The notes under the pieces: model-generated
The model's input: the letters and a program-made list of their open reading frames with translations, nothing else
Databases searched by the model: none
Told to the model about the DNA's origin: nothing
NCBI GenBank assembly: GCA_017451485.1
Contig: JAFTOG010000003.1
Span: forward strand, 3,959-67,958
Direction: 5' to 3'
Source: Clostridia bacterium
GTDB lineage: Bacteria > Bacillota > Clostridia > Oscillospirales > CAG-272
Length of the DNA: 64,000 nucleotides
Translations under genes and position numbers: made by a program
Shown: positions 48,332 through 60,504 of the stretch, piece after piece
Layout of the letters: each line of letters begins with the position of its first letter
Numbering within the stretch: the stretch's first letter is position 1

Positions 48332-49045
48332 TTAATCTCTTCTTCTGGTGCTTGAAGCCACAATAAGAAGGAATCTAAAAAGCTGAGCAAAGGAAACAGC
48401 AAGGGCAGCAACATAAGTCATCGCCGCTGCGTTAAGCACTCTTTTGGAGTCCTTTAACTCATTTTTGTCAAGTATTGCTTCTCCCTCGAGAGCCTTTAAT
48501 GCCCTTTTACTTGCATTAAATTCTGTCGGAAGTGTGAGAAGCTGGAAAAGTGTAACAAGTCCAAAGCACGCAACCCCGATATAAGCTATATAGGCAAACG
48601 CTGCCGAAAGTGTTGATAAAAGTATACCTATGAGTATAAGGGGAATTGCCAGCCTTGCCCCTATATTAGTAACGGGAACAATTGCATTTCTCAGCTTGAG
48701 AGGTACATAATTTTTAGCGTGCTGCACTGCATGTCCTGCCTCGTGTGCAGCAACGCCGACAGCAGCTGCCGAATTATTACCGTAGGTAGCTGTCGACAGA
48801 CGAATCACCCTTGCACGGGGGTCATAATGGTCATTAAGATTGCCCTCTATATGCTCTACCCTGACATCATAAATTCCGTTTGCAAAAAGTATTCTTCTTG
48901 CCGCATCTGCTCCTGTGAGCCCTCTCCGTGTGGGAATTGCACCGTATTTTCTAAAGGTTGTACTTACCCTTGCACTGGTAAAGGTGGCAAAAAGCACTGC
49001 CGGCAGCACAAGAATTATATATAGCCAATCTATATAGAAAAACAT
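48332..49045 (-). CDS. YugP-like membrane zinc metallopeptidase (Zn_peptidase_2)
   Basis: The motif HEAGHAVQH is present, with flanking TM helices. Confidence 0.8.
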   Translation of the reverse strand: MFFYIDWLYIILVLPAVLFATFTSARVSTTFRKYGAIPTRRGLTGADAARRILFANGIYDVRVEHIEGNLNDHYDPRARVIRLSTATYGNNSAAAVGVAAHEAGHAVQHAKNYVPLKLRNAIVPVTNIGARLAIPLILIGILLSTLSAAFAYIAYIGVACFGLVTLFQLLTLPTEFNASKRALKALEGEAILDKNELKDSKRVLNAAAMTYVAALAVSFAQLFRFLLIVASSTRRRD

Positions 49046-49123
49046 AACATCACTCCTTTTGTTTTATTTTATCATTATTATGTGTAGTTTTCAAGTTTGC
49101 AGAATGTTTTTATTATGAAAATA

Positions 49124-49152
49124 TTGAAAAGATGAAAGATATATGCTATAAT
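49124..49152 (+). promoter_or_regulatory. SigA-type promoter of mntP
   Basis: TTGAAA, a 17-nt spacer and TATAAT. It leaves only a ~25-nt leader. Confidence 0.55.
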
Positions 49153-49183
49153 CATACAACTTCACAAAACAAAGAGGTATTTT

Positions 49184-49753
49184 ATGGGAATTGCAGAATT
49201 AATCATTCTTGCCTTTGGACTTGCTATGGACGCCTTTGCTGTTTCTATATGTAAGGGACTTGCTATGCATAAGGTAAGTGTTAAGGAAGGTGCTGTCGTC
49301 GGCTTATGGTTCGGTGGATTTCAGGCACTTATGCCACTTATTGGCTTTTTTCTCGGTGCCTCATTTGAATCCTATATCACAAAAATTGACCATTGGATAG
49401 CATTTATTCTGCTTGCACTTATAGGAGGCATAATGATAAAGGAAGCGTTCTCTAAGGACGAGGACGAGACAGACGGCTCTCTTGCTGTTAAAACTATGCT
49501 TGTTATGGCAATAGCTACAAGTATAGATGCTCTTGCAATCGGTATATCCTTTGGTATCCTGCCTGAGGTAAATATCTGGCTTGCAATATCCTTAATCGGC
49601 ATCATTACCCTTGTTATGTGTATGATTGGCGTAAAGATAGGTAATGTATTCGGTGCAAAATACAAATCCAAAGCAGAGCTCACAGGTGGAATTATTCTTG
49701 TGCTTTTAGGCTTGAAGATTCTTCTTGAGCATCTTGGTGTTATAAATTTCTGA
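49184..49753 (+). CDS. mntP: Manganese efflux pump MntP
   Basis: A 6-TM protein with the duplicated motifs LAMDAFAVS and TSIDALAIG. Confidence 0.85.
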   Translation: MGIAELIILAFGLAMDAFAVSICKGLAMHKVSVKEGAVVGLWFGGFQALMPLIGFFLGASFESYITKIDHWIAFILLALIGGIMIKEAFSKDEDETDGSLAVKTMLVMAIATSIDALAIGISFGILPEVNIWLAISLIGIITLVMCMIGVKIGNVFGAKYKSKAELTGGIILVLLGLKILLEHLGVINF

Positions 49754-49770
49754 TAGCTTACAGAACGGAA

Positions 49771-49806
49771 AACGGACTGACTTAATGTGTCAGTCCGTTC
49801 TTTTTG
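49771..49806. terminator. Bidirectional terminator after mntP
   Basis: AACGGACTGAC-TTAATGT-GTCAGTCCGTT followed by CTTTTT. Confidence 0.75.
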
Positions 49807-50214
49807 TTATGCTATTTTTGATTTAATATGGTTATAGACCGTGCTTGTATGTGCTCTGTCGCTGCTGTTGAATACATAGTATTCCCCACTCTTGAGCTTT
49901 ATGACAATGCAGGAATCAACATCCTTATTGGCAGCACATTTATACTCTCCCAGCATTTCGTTTCTATATGTACCTCTGTGGGCACCTATAAATCCGACAG
50001 ACGATATTCTTTCACCGTAGTCAAAATCCGTATATATATTTACGCTTTCAATATCGGAAAATAATATTTCCTCACTGTACCAGAAGCTTGTTACCTTTAC
50101 CTTAGTATCGGAAATGTCTGCTCCCACTCCCATATTCAGTATGAAAAGCACAGCAATAATTCCGACAAGGGCAAACACCACAATAGCAGTTACTTTTTTT
50201 GTTCTGTTTTTCAT
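49807..50214 (-). CDS. Hypothetical membrane-anchored protein (135 aa)
   Basis: It has one N-terminal TM helix and a small beta-rich domain. The stop of the lacZ-like gene lies 2 nt upstream of its start. Confidence 0.45.
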   Translation of the reverse strand: MKNRTKKVTAIVVFALVGIIAVLFILNMGVGADISDTKVKVTSFWYSEEILFSDIESVNIYTDFDYGERISSVGFIGAHRGTYRNEMLGEYKCAANKDVDSCIVIKLKSGEYYVFNSSDRAHTSTVYNHIKSKIA

Positions 50215-50215
50215 A

Positions 50216-53044
<2,829 letters not shown>

Positions 53045-53173
53045 AGTATACCTCGCAAGTTGAAAATTGTATGTATTAATTTTATCATAATGAGTATTTT
53101 TTGTCAATAAATATTTACTTTTTGGCTCTTGTATGATAGAATAAAATAAATATCCCATAGGAAGGAGTCATAC

Positions 53174-53893
53174 ATGGAAAAGGTTGTATTTATTACGGGA
53201 GGTAGCCGTGGCATAGGTGCCGAATGTGTAAGATTATTTTCAAAAAACGGATACAGGGTAGCTTTTTCTTACCTCAGCTCCGAAAAAGAGGCTTTATCCC
53301 TGGCTAAGGAGTGTGGTGCCCTCCCAATCAAGTCGGATGTATCCGACAGCAGCAGTATCACAGATGCTATCCATAGGGCAACTACCGAGCTTGGTGGAAT
53401 AGATGTTCTTATTAATAATGCAGGTATAAGCCAAATTGCACTGTTTACAGATATTACAGACGAAATGTGGAAAGCTATGATCGATACCAACCTTTCGGGT
53501 GCATTTTACGCTACCCGAGCTGTGCTTCCGCAAATGATATCCCAAAAAAGCGGTGTTATCTTAAATGTTTCCTCCATGTGGGGTCAGGTTGGTGCCTCCT
53601 GTGAGGTGCACTATTCTGTTGCCAAGGCAGGGCTTATCGGTATGACGAAGGCTCTTGCCAAGGAGGTAGGACCCTCGGGTATCAGGGTTAACTGCGTATC
53701 TCCCGGAGTTATTGCCACGGATATGAACTCACACCTATCAGAGGATGATATAAACGCCTTAAAAAACGACACTCCCCTCGAGAAAATCGGAAATCCATTG
53801 GATATTGCAGAGATACTTCTCTATCTTGCGAGTGATAAGTCATCCTTTATTACCGGTCAGAATATAGGCGTAAACGGTGGACTGATTATATGA
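53174..53893 (+). CDS. Short-chain dehydrogenase/reductase, FabG-like
   Basis: The motifs TGGSRGIG, NNAG and Y..AK are present. Confidence 0.85.
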   Translation: MEKVVFITGGSRGIGAECVRLFSKNGYRVAFSYLSSEKEALSLAKECGALPIKSDVSDSSSITDAIHRATTELGGIDVLINNAGISQIALFTDITDEMWKAMIDTNLSGAFYATRAVLPQMISQKSGVILNVSSMWGQVGASCEVHYSVAKAGLIGMTKALAKEVGPSGIRVNCVSPGVIATDMNSHLSEDDINALKNDTPLEKIGNPLDIAEILLYLASDKSSFITGQNIGVNGGLII

Positions 53894-53898
53894 TAAAA

Positions 53899-53935
53899 AA
53901 TCGGCAGAGCTTACTCTCTCTGCCGATTATTTTTA
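53899..53935. terminator. Bidirectional terminator
   Basis: AATCGGCAGAG-loop-CTCTGCCGATT flanked by A and T runs. Confidence 0.75.
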
Positions 53936-54769
53936 TTTTGAGAGCTTCTTTTCAACAGTCTTGAATGCGTCGGAAAGGAGCTTTTCATCCATTTCCTCAA
54001 TTCTACCGCTGTCGCAAAGTGAAGCAAGCTTGCCATCCATAGGAAGTCTGCCGAGAATATCAAAGCCGTATCTCTGTGCAATATCCTCAATTTTACCGTT
54101 ACCGAAAATACGGATTTCCTTACCGCAATCGGGACAAACAACATAGCTCATATTCTCCACAAGACCAAGAACAGGGATATTCATCATATTAGCCATCTTT
54201 ACAGCCTTTTCCACTATCATGGAAACAAGGTCCTGGGGTGTTGTAACGATTACTATACCGTCAATGGGTAGAGACTGGAACACAGTAAGAGGAACATCTC
54301 CTGTTCCGGGAGGCATATCAACATACATAAAGTCCACATTCTCCCAGACTGCATCTGTCCAGAACTGCTTAACCATACCTGCAATAACCGGTCCACGCCA
54401 TACAACTGGTCTTGTTTCATCCTCTAACATGAGATTTATGGAAATAACATCTATTCCCTTCTTGGATTTTACGGGAATCATATGCTCTCCGTCAGACATA
54501 ACAGACTCTGTAAGACCAAAGGCACGGGGGATTGAGGGTCCTGTAATATCTGCGTCGAGGATAGCTGTCTTATATCCGTTACGCATAGACTGAACTGCAA
54601 GCATAGAGGTTACAATTGATTTACCAACTCCGCCCTTTCCACTTACAATACCGATAACATGCTTAACAGAGCTTGCATCATTTAATTTTTCCTTGGGTAT
54701 TGCTCTCTGCCCGCAGTCCTTGGAGGAGCAGGTGGAGCAATCATGAGTACATTCTGCCATTACTAACAC
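53933..54769 (-). CDS. Mrp/NBP35 (ApbC) family Fe-S cluster carrier ATPase
   Basis: An N-terminal Cys-rich segment, a deviant Walker A (SGKGGVGKS) and a C..C motif are present. Confidence 0.85.
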   Translation of the reverse strand: MLVMAECTHDCSTCSSKDCGQRAIPKEKLNDASSVKHVIGIVSGKGGVGKSIVTSMLAVQSMRNGYKTAILDADITGPSIPRAFGLTESVMSDGEHMIPVKSKKGIDVISINLMLEDETRPVVWRGPVIAGMVKQFWTDAVWENVDFMYVDMPPGTGDVPLTVFQSLPIDGIVIVTTPQDLVSMIVEKAVKMANMMNIPVLGLVENMSYVVCPDCGKEIRIFGNGKIEDIAQRYGFDILGRLPMDGKLASLCDSGRIEEMDEKLLSDAFKTVEKKLSK

Positions 54770-54840
54770 TTCCTTTTATATAAATCTGTTTTTCTTTCGG
54801 TATATTATTTACACCATACGATAATGTTTTTCAAGGGAAA

Positions 54841-56504
54841 TTAAAAAATACTTTCTAATTTTACCCTCTTGATTTCAAATCTGCCTGTAACAGGATCCGG
54901 AGTATCATAATCAACATATATAAGCTCCTTAGAGGATTTAAGAACTGTGGCAGCTCTTTTTATCTTATCCCTTCGCTTAGTATTTTCATTTTTCTCAAGC
55001 TGATTAAGTGTTTTCTTGATTACCCTTGAATGTATCTTTAAGAATTCGGGCAAAGCACCCATTCTGTTTGTAGACAGTCGGTCCATAGCAAGACAGTCCC
55101 GAAGATAATCCTTATTCACCTGTTTTTCCTTTGAGAAAAATTCATACATACACAGGGTAAAGTCATCCAGAGTACCTGAGTTCTTCTTAGTATCAAGATA
55201 CAGTGCAAATCTTTTGTACATATCAAAAGGACTTTCATACAATCCGTGTAAATATTTTACCGTATGTGGAAACCTTTGTGAATTATATACTTTTTCAAAT
55301 ACATCCTCTATCCTGTGAAGTAAAAGAAGCTCATCTCTTGAAATATATGAGGTCGAACGCACTTCATACGGTGGTTTTTCATCAAATTCAAACACTCCTA
55401 CGGGATTTTTTCTCAATTCCGAGCCGTGAAGAAGCTTAAGGAATCCCAGCTGAAGCATATGTGGCTCCAGCCGAACTGCTCTGTTGAAGCTGCTTTCAAA
55501 GCTCTTAATATCCTCATAAGGTAGCCCTGCTATCAGATCAATATGAGTATGGATGTTACCAAGACCTACTATTTTCCGTATATTTTCGCAAAGCAAGCTG
55601 ATATTTGTTCTACGGTTTATGGCATCCAAGGTATGCTCATTAAAGCTTTGGAGACCTATTTCCACCTGTATAGCTCCTGCCCTTGCCCCGGATAGAACCT
55701 CTATTGTCTCCTCATCTATAATTTCACCCTCCAGCTCGAAATGAAAGCACACCCCTTCTGGAATTTTACTACCGTAATTATCAATTATGAAGTTAAAAAT
55801 CTCCCGTGCCCTTTTTTGTCAGCATTAAAGGTTCTGTCAACGAACTTTACCGTTTTCGTACCACTTCTTGCAAGCTTCAGTATATTTTCTTTTGCTTTTT
55901 CAGTATTAAAAAACCGTACACCACCACACCTGCCGGAAAGACAAAATGCACAGGAATAAGGACAACCACGGCTTGTTTCTATATATGCTATTCTCCCCTT
56001 CAACGCTTCAAAATACTCCTTTGAATACGGTGACGGAGGCTCATTTTCAGCCACATATGGAGGCTTTTCTATAATTTTACCATTTAACCTGTATGATACC
56101 CCGGGTATATTTTCAATTTTTTCTCCGTTACATATTCTGCCAAAGGGCTCTTCGCCCTCACCTGATATCACATAGTCCACACATGGATACATTTTAAGTA
56201 TCTCTGAGGCGTTGTAGCTCACCTCAGGTCCACCTAATACTATTGTGACCTTACTGCATTCTCTTATTTTCTTGCACAGGGATATGATTTTTTCCTTGTT
56301 CCATATGTAAACACAAAAGGAAATAATGTCATAGCCCTCTGACATAATGTTGTTAAATATTATGTCCGTATCCTCGTTTATCGTACTTTCGTACACGGTA
56401 CACTCAGCTTTGGAATACATTTCAACTCCAGACTTAAGACACCACGGTGCCAAAGAGGAATGCACATATTTTGTATTCATCGTACATATCAGTACCTTCA
56501 TCAT
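54841..56504 (-). pseudogene. B12-binding-domain radical SAM protein (DUF4080 type) split by a frameshift in an A6 run
   Basis: The upstream ORF ends ...DRTFNADKKGHGRFLTS*. Adding one A to the run (T6 on the plus strand, 55812-55817) gives DRTFNADKKRAREIFNFIIDNYGSKIPEGVCFHFE..., joined in frame to ORF 54841-55752. The CxxxCxxC motif is CPYSCAFC. Confidence 0.75.
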
Positions 56505-56665
56505 ACCACCTCTTTCAATTATTTTAGCAAAGTGAGATTTCTTTGTCAATACTATGATTGACTGCAATTGATGCTTTTTAATTTTGTTTACCGACTAGAC
56601 TTGACAAAAATAATATTATATGATACAATACCATATGTAAAGTTAGACCCCGAGGAGATGATATT

Positions 56666-57412
56666 TTGTTTGAAATAGCAGACATCCACTGCCACATGCT
56701 TGGTGGTGTTGATGACGGTGCCAAAAACACCGATGAAATGAAGACAATGCTTGATATTGCTTATAATGACGGCATACGACATATATGCTTCACTCCACAT
56801 TTCAAAATCTATCATTTCAAGGATTCCGATAGCATCAAGGCGTATAACAAGCTTGCTGACGACCAATTTGAAGTAGCTAAGGAGTATGTAAGTGAAAAAT
56901 ACCCCGACCTTCATCTGTATATTGGCAACGAGATTATGTATCACGCCGGTGTAATCGATTCGTCCGACACTAACCTTTGCAGACGAATCAATAACGGTTC
57001 CTATCTCTTAGTGGAATTTCAGCCCGAGATTACCATTTTCGAGATGCGAAACGCTGTATCGAAAATTCTTCGCAAGGGGTTTATACCCGTTATTGCCCAT
57101 GTTGAAAGGTATACCGAGCTTGTTAAAAAGCCGAATTTTGCCTGGGAGCTCAAGGAATACGGTGCTCTTCTTCAGGTAAATGCTTCAACCGTTACAAAGG
57201 CTAAATTTGGAAAAACTAAGGCTTTTTTGAACTTCCTGTTCAAAAAATCATATGTTGATGTGATAGCATCAGATGCACACTCCTCCGATGTGTACAAGCC
57301 TATCATATCAAAGGCCGCAGAGAAAATATTAAAAAAATACGGAGAGGCTACAGCCAGAAGAGTATGCTATACCAATCCGATTGCAATCATCAACAATGTA
57401 AAACTATTTTAA
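56666..57412 (+). CDS. cpsB: CpsB/YwqE-type PHP-domain protein-tyrosine phosphatase
   Basis: The N-terminus is DIHCHMLGGVDDGA and the motif is IASDAHS. The TTG start follows GAGGAG. Confidence 0.8.
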   Translation: MFEIADIHCHMLGGVDDGAKNTDEMKTMLDIAYNDGIRHICFTPHFKIYHFKDSDSIKAYNKLADDQFEVAKEYVSEKYPDLHLYIGNEIMYHAGVIDSSDTNLCRRINNGSYLLVEFQPEITIFEMRNAVSKILRKGFIPVIAHVERYTELVKKPNFAWELKEYGALLQVNASTVTKAKFGKTKAFLNFLFKKSYVDVIASDAHSSDVYKPIISKAAEKILKKYGEATARRVCYTNPIAIINNVKLF

Positions 57413-57430
57413 TTTTCAAAGGAGCCAAAA

Positions 57431-58237
57431 ATGGATTCGAACAACACACAAAAGAGAGAAACCGAAATCAATTTAAGGGATGCCTTTAACTACATTCTCT
57501 TTAAGGGATGGATAGTTATCCTTGTAACCATTTTCGCAGTTATTATTTCGTTTATTTACACCAATTTGCTTTTGACTGAGCTGTATATTTCAGAGGCTAA
57601 GATTTTCATAACAAATGAAAGCAACAGCGATGCTCCCAACTCCAGCTCTGATATAGACTGGACACTTAGTAAGCAGTACTCTCTTTCCGCAGAAGAGTTT
57701 ATTACAGAGGACTACTGTCAGATCATAGCGAACAAGCTTAACAACAAAAATCTCGAGCCCGATGAAGAGCCCTATGACTGCTCTAAATTTATACAGGGTA
57801 AGAGCTTTAAGCAGTATTTCTTCGAGGTAACCGGAAATTCTGAAATAACACCTGAATATATTCTTGATTGCATTTCAATTTCCACTAACTCCAATACATG
57901 TACTATGAGTGTTTCCACATCTACAACGGACCCCGCACTTTCCGCAATTATTACAAACGCCATTGCCGATTCCTTTGAGGACCATCTCGTAAAGATTCTT
58001 GAAACAGATGAGGTAAAGGCTAAAGTATATAACTCCGGAAAAGTGGCAAGCGAGCCATATAACATTGCTACAACAAGAAATGTTATTATCGGTGCTTTAA
58101 TCGGAGTAATTCTTTCCTGCGGTATTCTCTTCCTTGTTTTCATTTTTGACGATAAGATAAAGAGCCCCGAGGATGTAGAAAAATATCTTGGACTCAGTGT
58201 TCTCGGAGCTATTCCCGAGCTTGAGAAGGAAATATAA
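57431..58237 (+). CDS. cpsC: Wzz/CpsC-type chain-length determinant (BY-kinase transmembrane activator)
   Basis: There are two terminal TM helices and a central soluble domain. The gene is adjacent to the BY-kinase gene. Confidence 0.8.
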   Translation: MDSNNTQKRETEINLRDAFNYILFKGWIVILVTIFAVIISFIYTNLLLTELYISEAKIFITNESNSDAPNSSSDIDWTLSKQYSLSAEEFITEDYCQIIANKLNNKNLEPDEEPYDCSKFIQGKSFKQYFFEVTGNSEITPEYILDCISISTNSNTCTMSVSTSTTDPALSAIITNAIADSFEDHLVKILETDEVKAKVYNSGKVASEPYNIATTRNVIIGALIGVILSCGILFLVFIFDDKIKSPEDVEKYLGLSVLGAIPELEKEI

Positions 58238-58255
58238 AGAAAGGAGATTTGCAAA

Positions 58256-58990
58256 ATGAAAAAGATTAATATTCTCGAAAGAAATAAATTCACATATTCC
58301 ATAAGAGAAGCATTCAAAACTCTTCGTACCAATCTTCTTTTCAGTGGTAGCGATGTTAAAACAATTCTCCTTACAAGCTGTCTCAGCAATGAGGGTAAGA
58401 GTACAGTTTCTCTCGAGCTTGCAAAATCTCTTGCGGCAGCCTCCAAAAAGGTTCTCTTAATAGACGCCGACCTTCGTAAATCCGTTTTTGTTACAAGATA
58501 TACTGACACTACAGAATCCATACTCGGTCTTAGTGAGCTTCTTTCTGCTCAGGCAAAGCTTGAGGATGTATTGTACGAGACAAATGTCGACAATCTCCAT
58601 GTGATTTTTGCAGGAGCCGTTCCTCCTAACCCGGTAGAGCTTCTCGGTTCCCGTCAGTTTGATGAATTTCTCCATGACATTCGTGATTCATATGACTATG
58701 TTCTTATTGATGTTTCTCCTCTCGGACTTGTAATTGATGCCTCTGTTGTTTCCTCCTTCTGCGACGGTGCAGTTCTTATTATTGCAGCAAACGAGATAAG
58801 CTATAAGTTTGCCGCTGATGTAAAGGGACAGCTTGAGAAGGGTAACTGTAAGGTTCTCGGTGCAGTCCTTAACCGTGTTCCCGTAAAATCCTCCGGAAGA
58901 TACGGAAGATATTACGGTCAGAAATACGGCAGATACGGTACCTACGGAAATATGAACTTTGTAGAAAGCAACGATATTCATAATTCATAA
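58256..58990 (+). CDS. cpsD: CpsD/YwqD-type bacterial tyrosine kinase
   Basis: Walker A is SCLSNEGKST, Walker A' is LLIDADLR, and the C-terminal Tyr cluster is GRYGRYYGQKYGRYGTYG. Confidence 0.85.
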   Translation: MKKINILERNKFTYSIREAFKTLRTNLLFSGSDVKTILLTSCLSNEGKSTVSLELAKSLAAASKKVLLIDADLRKSVFVTRYTDTTESILGLSELLSAQAKLEDVLYETNVDNLHVIFAGAVPPNPVELLGSRQFDEFLHDIRDSYDYVLIDVSPLGLVIDASVVSSFCDGAVLIIAANEISYKFAADVKGQLEKGNCKVLGAVLNRVPVKSSGRYGRYYGQKYGRYGTYGNMNFVESNDIHNS

Positions 58991-58993
58991 AAT

Positions 58994-59032
58994 AAAAAAG
59001 CAGGGAATTAAATACTTTTATTCCCTGCTTTT
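58994..59032 (+). terminator. Hairpin with T-run between the BY-kinase gene and the Wzy-like gene
   Basis: GCAGGGAAT-loop-ATTCCCTGC followed by TTTT. Confidence 0.6.
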
Positions 59033-59049
59033 GTATATAGGAGTATACA

Positions 59050-60459
59050 ATGCCAACCAATGTAAAACAAAAATTTATTGATTTTTTTGAAGGATATTGG
59101 TTTCCTGTATATATTGCATTCAATGTAATTACAGGTCATATTTTCAATATGATTAATTACGGTGTGGTAATGATTACATTAGCCACATGTATTGCATTTA
59201 TACTGTGTAAGGATCTGAAATTCTTTCTATCCCCTCTCCTGTGCTTTTACTTTATTTTCTCCAAAAAAAGCCTGGCAGACGAGACTCTTTACTCCATCCC
59301 ATCAATAATTTTCTTTTCTCTGTGTATCACGGCTCTTGTTCTATGTATAGTAGCACATTTTGTGATAAACAAAAAGGATATCAAGCTTAAAAGATTTACT
59401 TCATCCTCGCTTTTCTTTGGGTTTATAGCGATCGTAGCTGTTTTTCTTCTCAACGGCTTCTTTGCATTTGCAGACTATAAAAAAGAAAATATTATTTTCG
59501 GTATTCTTATCGCCATATCCTTTGTTTTGCCGTTCTTTATTTTCTCCATTAATTTGCGAATCGATAAAAAAACGGTTAACTATCTTATTTATGTTTTCCT
59601 AATTACTTCTATTATTATAATAGTAGAATTTATACACATGTATCTAACGGACTTATATGTTCACTCCAATGGACATATTTTCAAGGATTCTATTGATCTT
59701 GGGTGGGGAGTCAGCAATAATATTGGTGCAATTCTTGCTATGCTTATGCCATTTCATTTCTACTGTGCTGTAAAAGCAAGATATTCTATTCCCTTCTTCG
59801 TCTCGGGTGTTATGTGCTATGCTATTATAATACTTACTATGAGCAGAACATCAATAATTATAGCCACATTGATTCTTGCCCTTTGTCTTGGATTTGTATG
59901 TATCTATAAGCATAAAAACATTATGATAAACCGTTTCTCCGTTATTGCCTTTTTAATTCTCGTCACTGTCATTCTTATGGTTTTTGAGGATAAGCTATCT
60001 AACGCATTTTATCAGATTATGGATTCTCATAATTTGTTTGACGGCAGTGGTAGAAGCTCCTATTACAGCGACGGAATAAATAAATTCCTTTCCAACCCCT
60101 TCTTAGGAGCCGGATTCGGTAATTCTCACGGTGTAAACGACAGATTCGTAATCTCTGCCCCGGAATACTATCACAATACAATAATCCAAATGCTTGGCTC
60201 CTGTGGTATAGTAGGTCTTTTCGCATACTGCTTCCACAGATTCCAAACTGTAATGCTGTTTATAAAGAACAGATCCTCTGTTTCCTTCTTTATGGGAATG
60301 AGCATTCTTTCTCTGCTCCTTACAAGCCTGTTGGATATCCATTTATTCAATATTTTCCCTGCTATATTCTACTCGGTAATTCTGTGTATATTTGAACGGG
60401 ATACAAAATTCAAGCAGCAGCAAAAGCTTAAAAAATTAGAGCATTTGAATAACCATTAA
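59050..60459 (+). CDS. O-antigen ligase/polymerase (Wzy_C) family membrane protein
   Basis: The protein has about 11-12 TM helices and a large loop containing GAGFGNSH. Confidence 0.7.
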   Translation: MPTNVKQKFIDFFEGYWFPVYIAFNVITGHIFNMINYGVVMITLATCIAFILCKDLKFFLSPLLCFYFIFSKKSLADETLYSIPSIIFFSLCITALVLCIVAHFVINKKDIKLKRFTSSSLFFGFIAIVAVFLLNGFFAFADYKKENIIFGILIAISFVLPFFIFSINLRIDKKTVNYLIYVFLITSIIIIVEFIHMYLTDLYVHSNGHIFKDSIDLGWGVSNNIGAILAMLMPFHFYCAVKARYSIPFFVSGVMCYAIIILTMSRTSIIIATLILALCLGFVCIYKHKNIMINRFSVIAFLILVTVILMVFEDKLSNAFYQIMDSHNLFDGSGRSSYYSDGINKFLSNPFLGAGFGNSHGVNDRFVISAPEYYHNTIIQMLGSCGIVGLFAYCFHRFQTVMLFIKNRSSVSFFMGMSILSLLLTSLLDIHLFNIFPAIFYSVILCIFERDTKFKQQQKLKKLEHLNNH

Positions 60460-60466
60460 TAAAAAA

Positions 60467-60504
60467 ATCGTATCACCCCTACACGGGATGATACGATTTT
60501 TTAT
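60467..60504. terminator. Bidirectional terminator
   Basis: AATCGTATCACCC-loop-GGGATGATACGATT followed by TTTT. Confidence 0.75.

Noticed and set aside
49046-49183. Expected yybP-ykoY manganese riboswitch upstream of mntP
   Set aside because: The consensus promoter -10 ends about 30 nt before the ATG, and no conserved GGAGAGUAG-type element is present.
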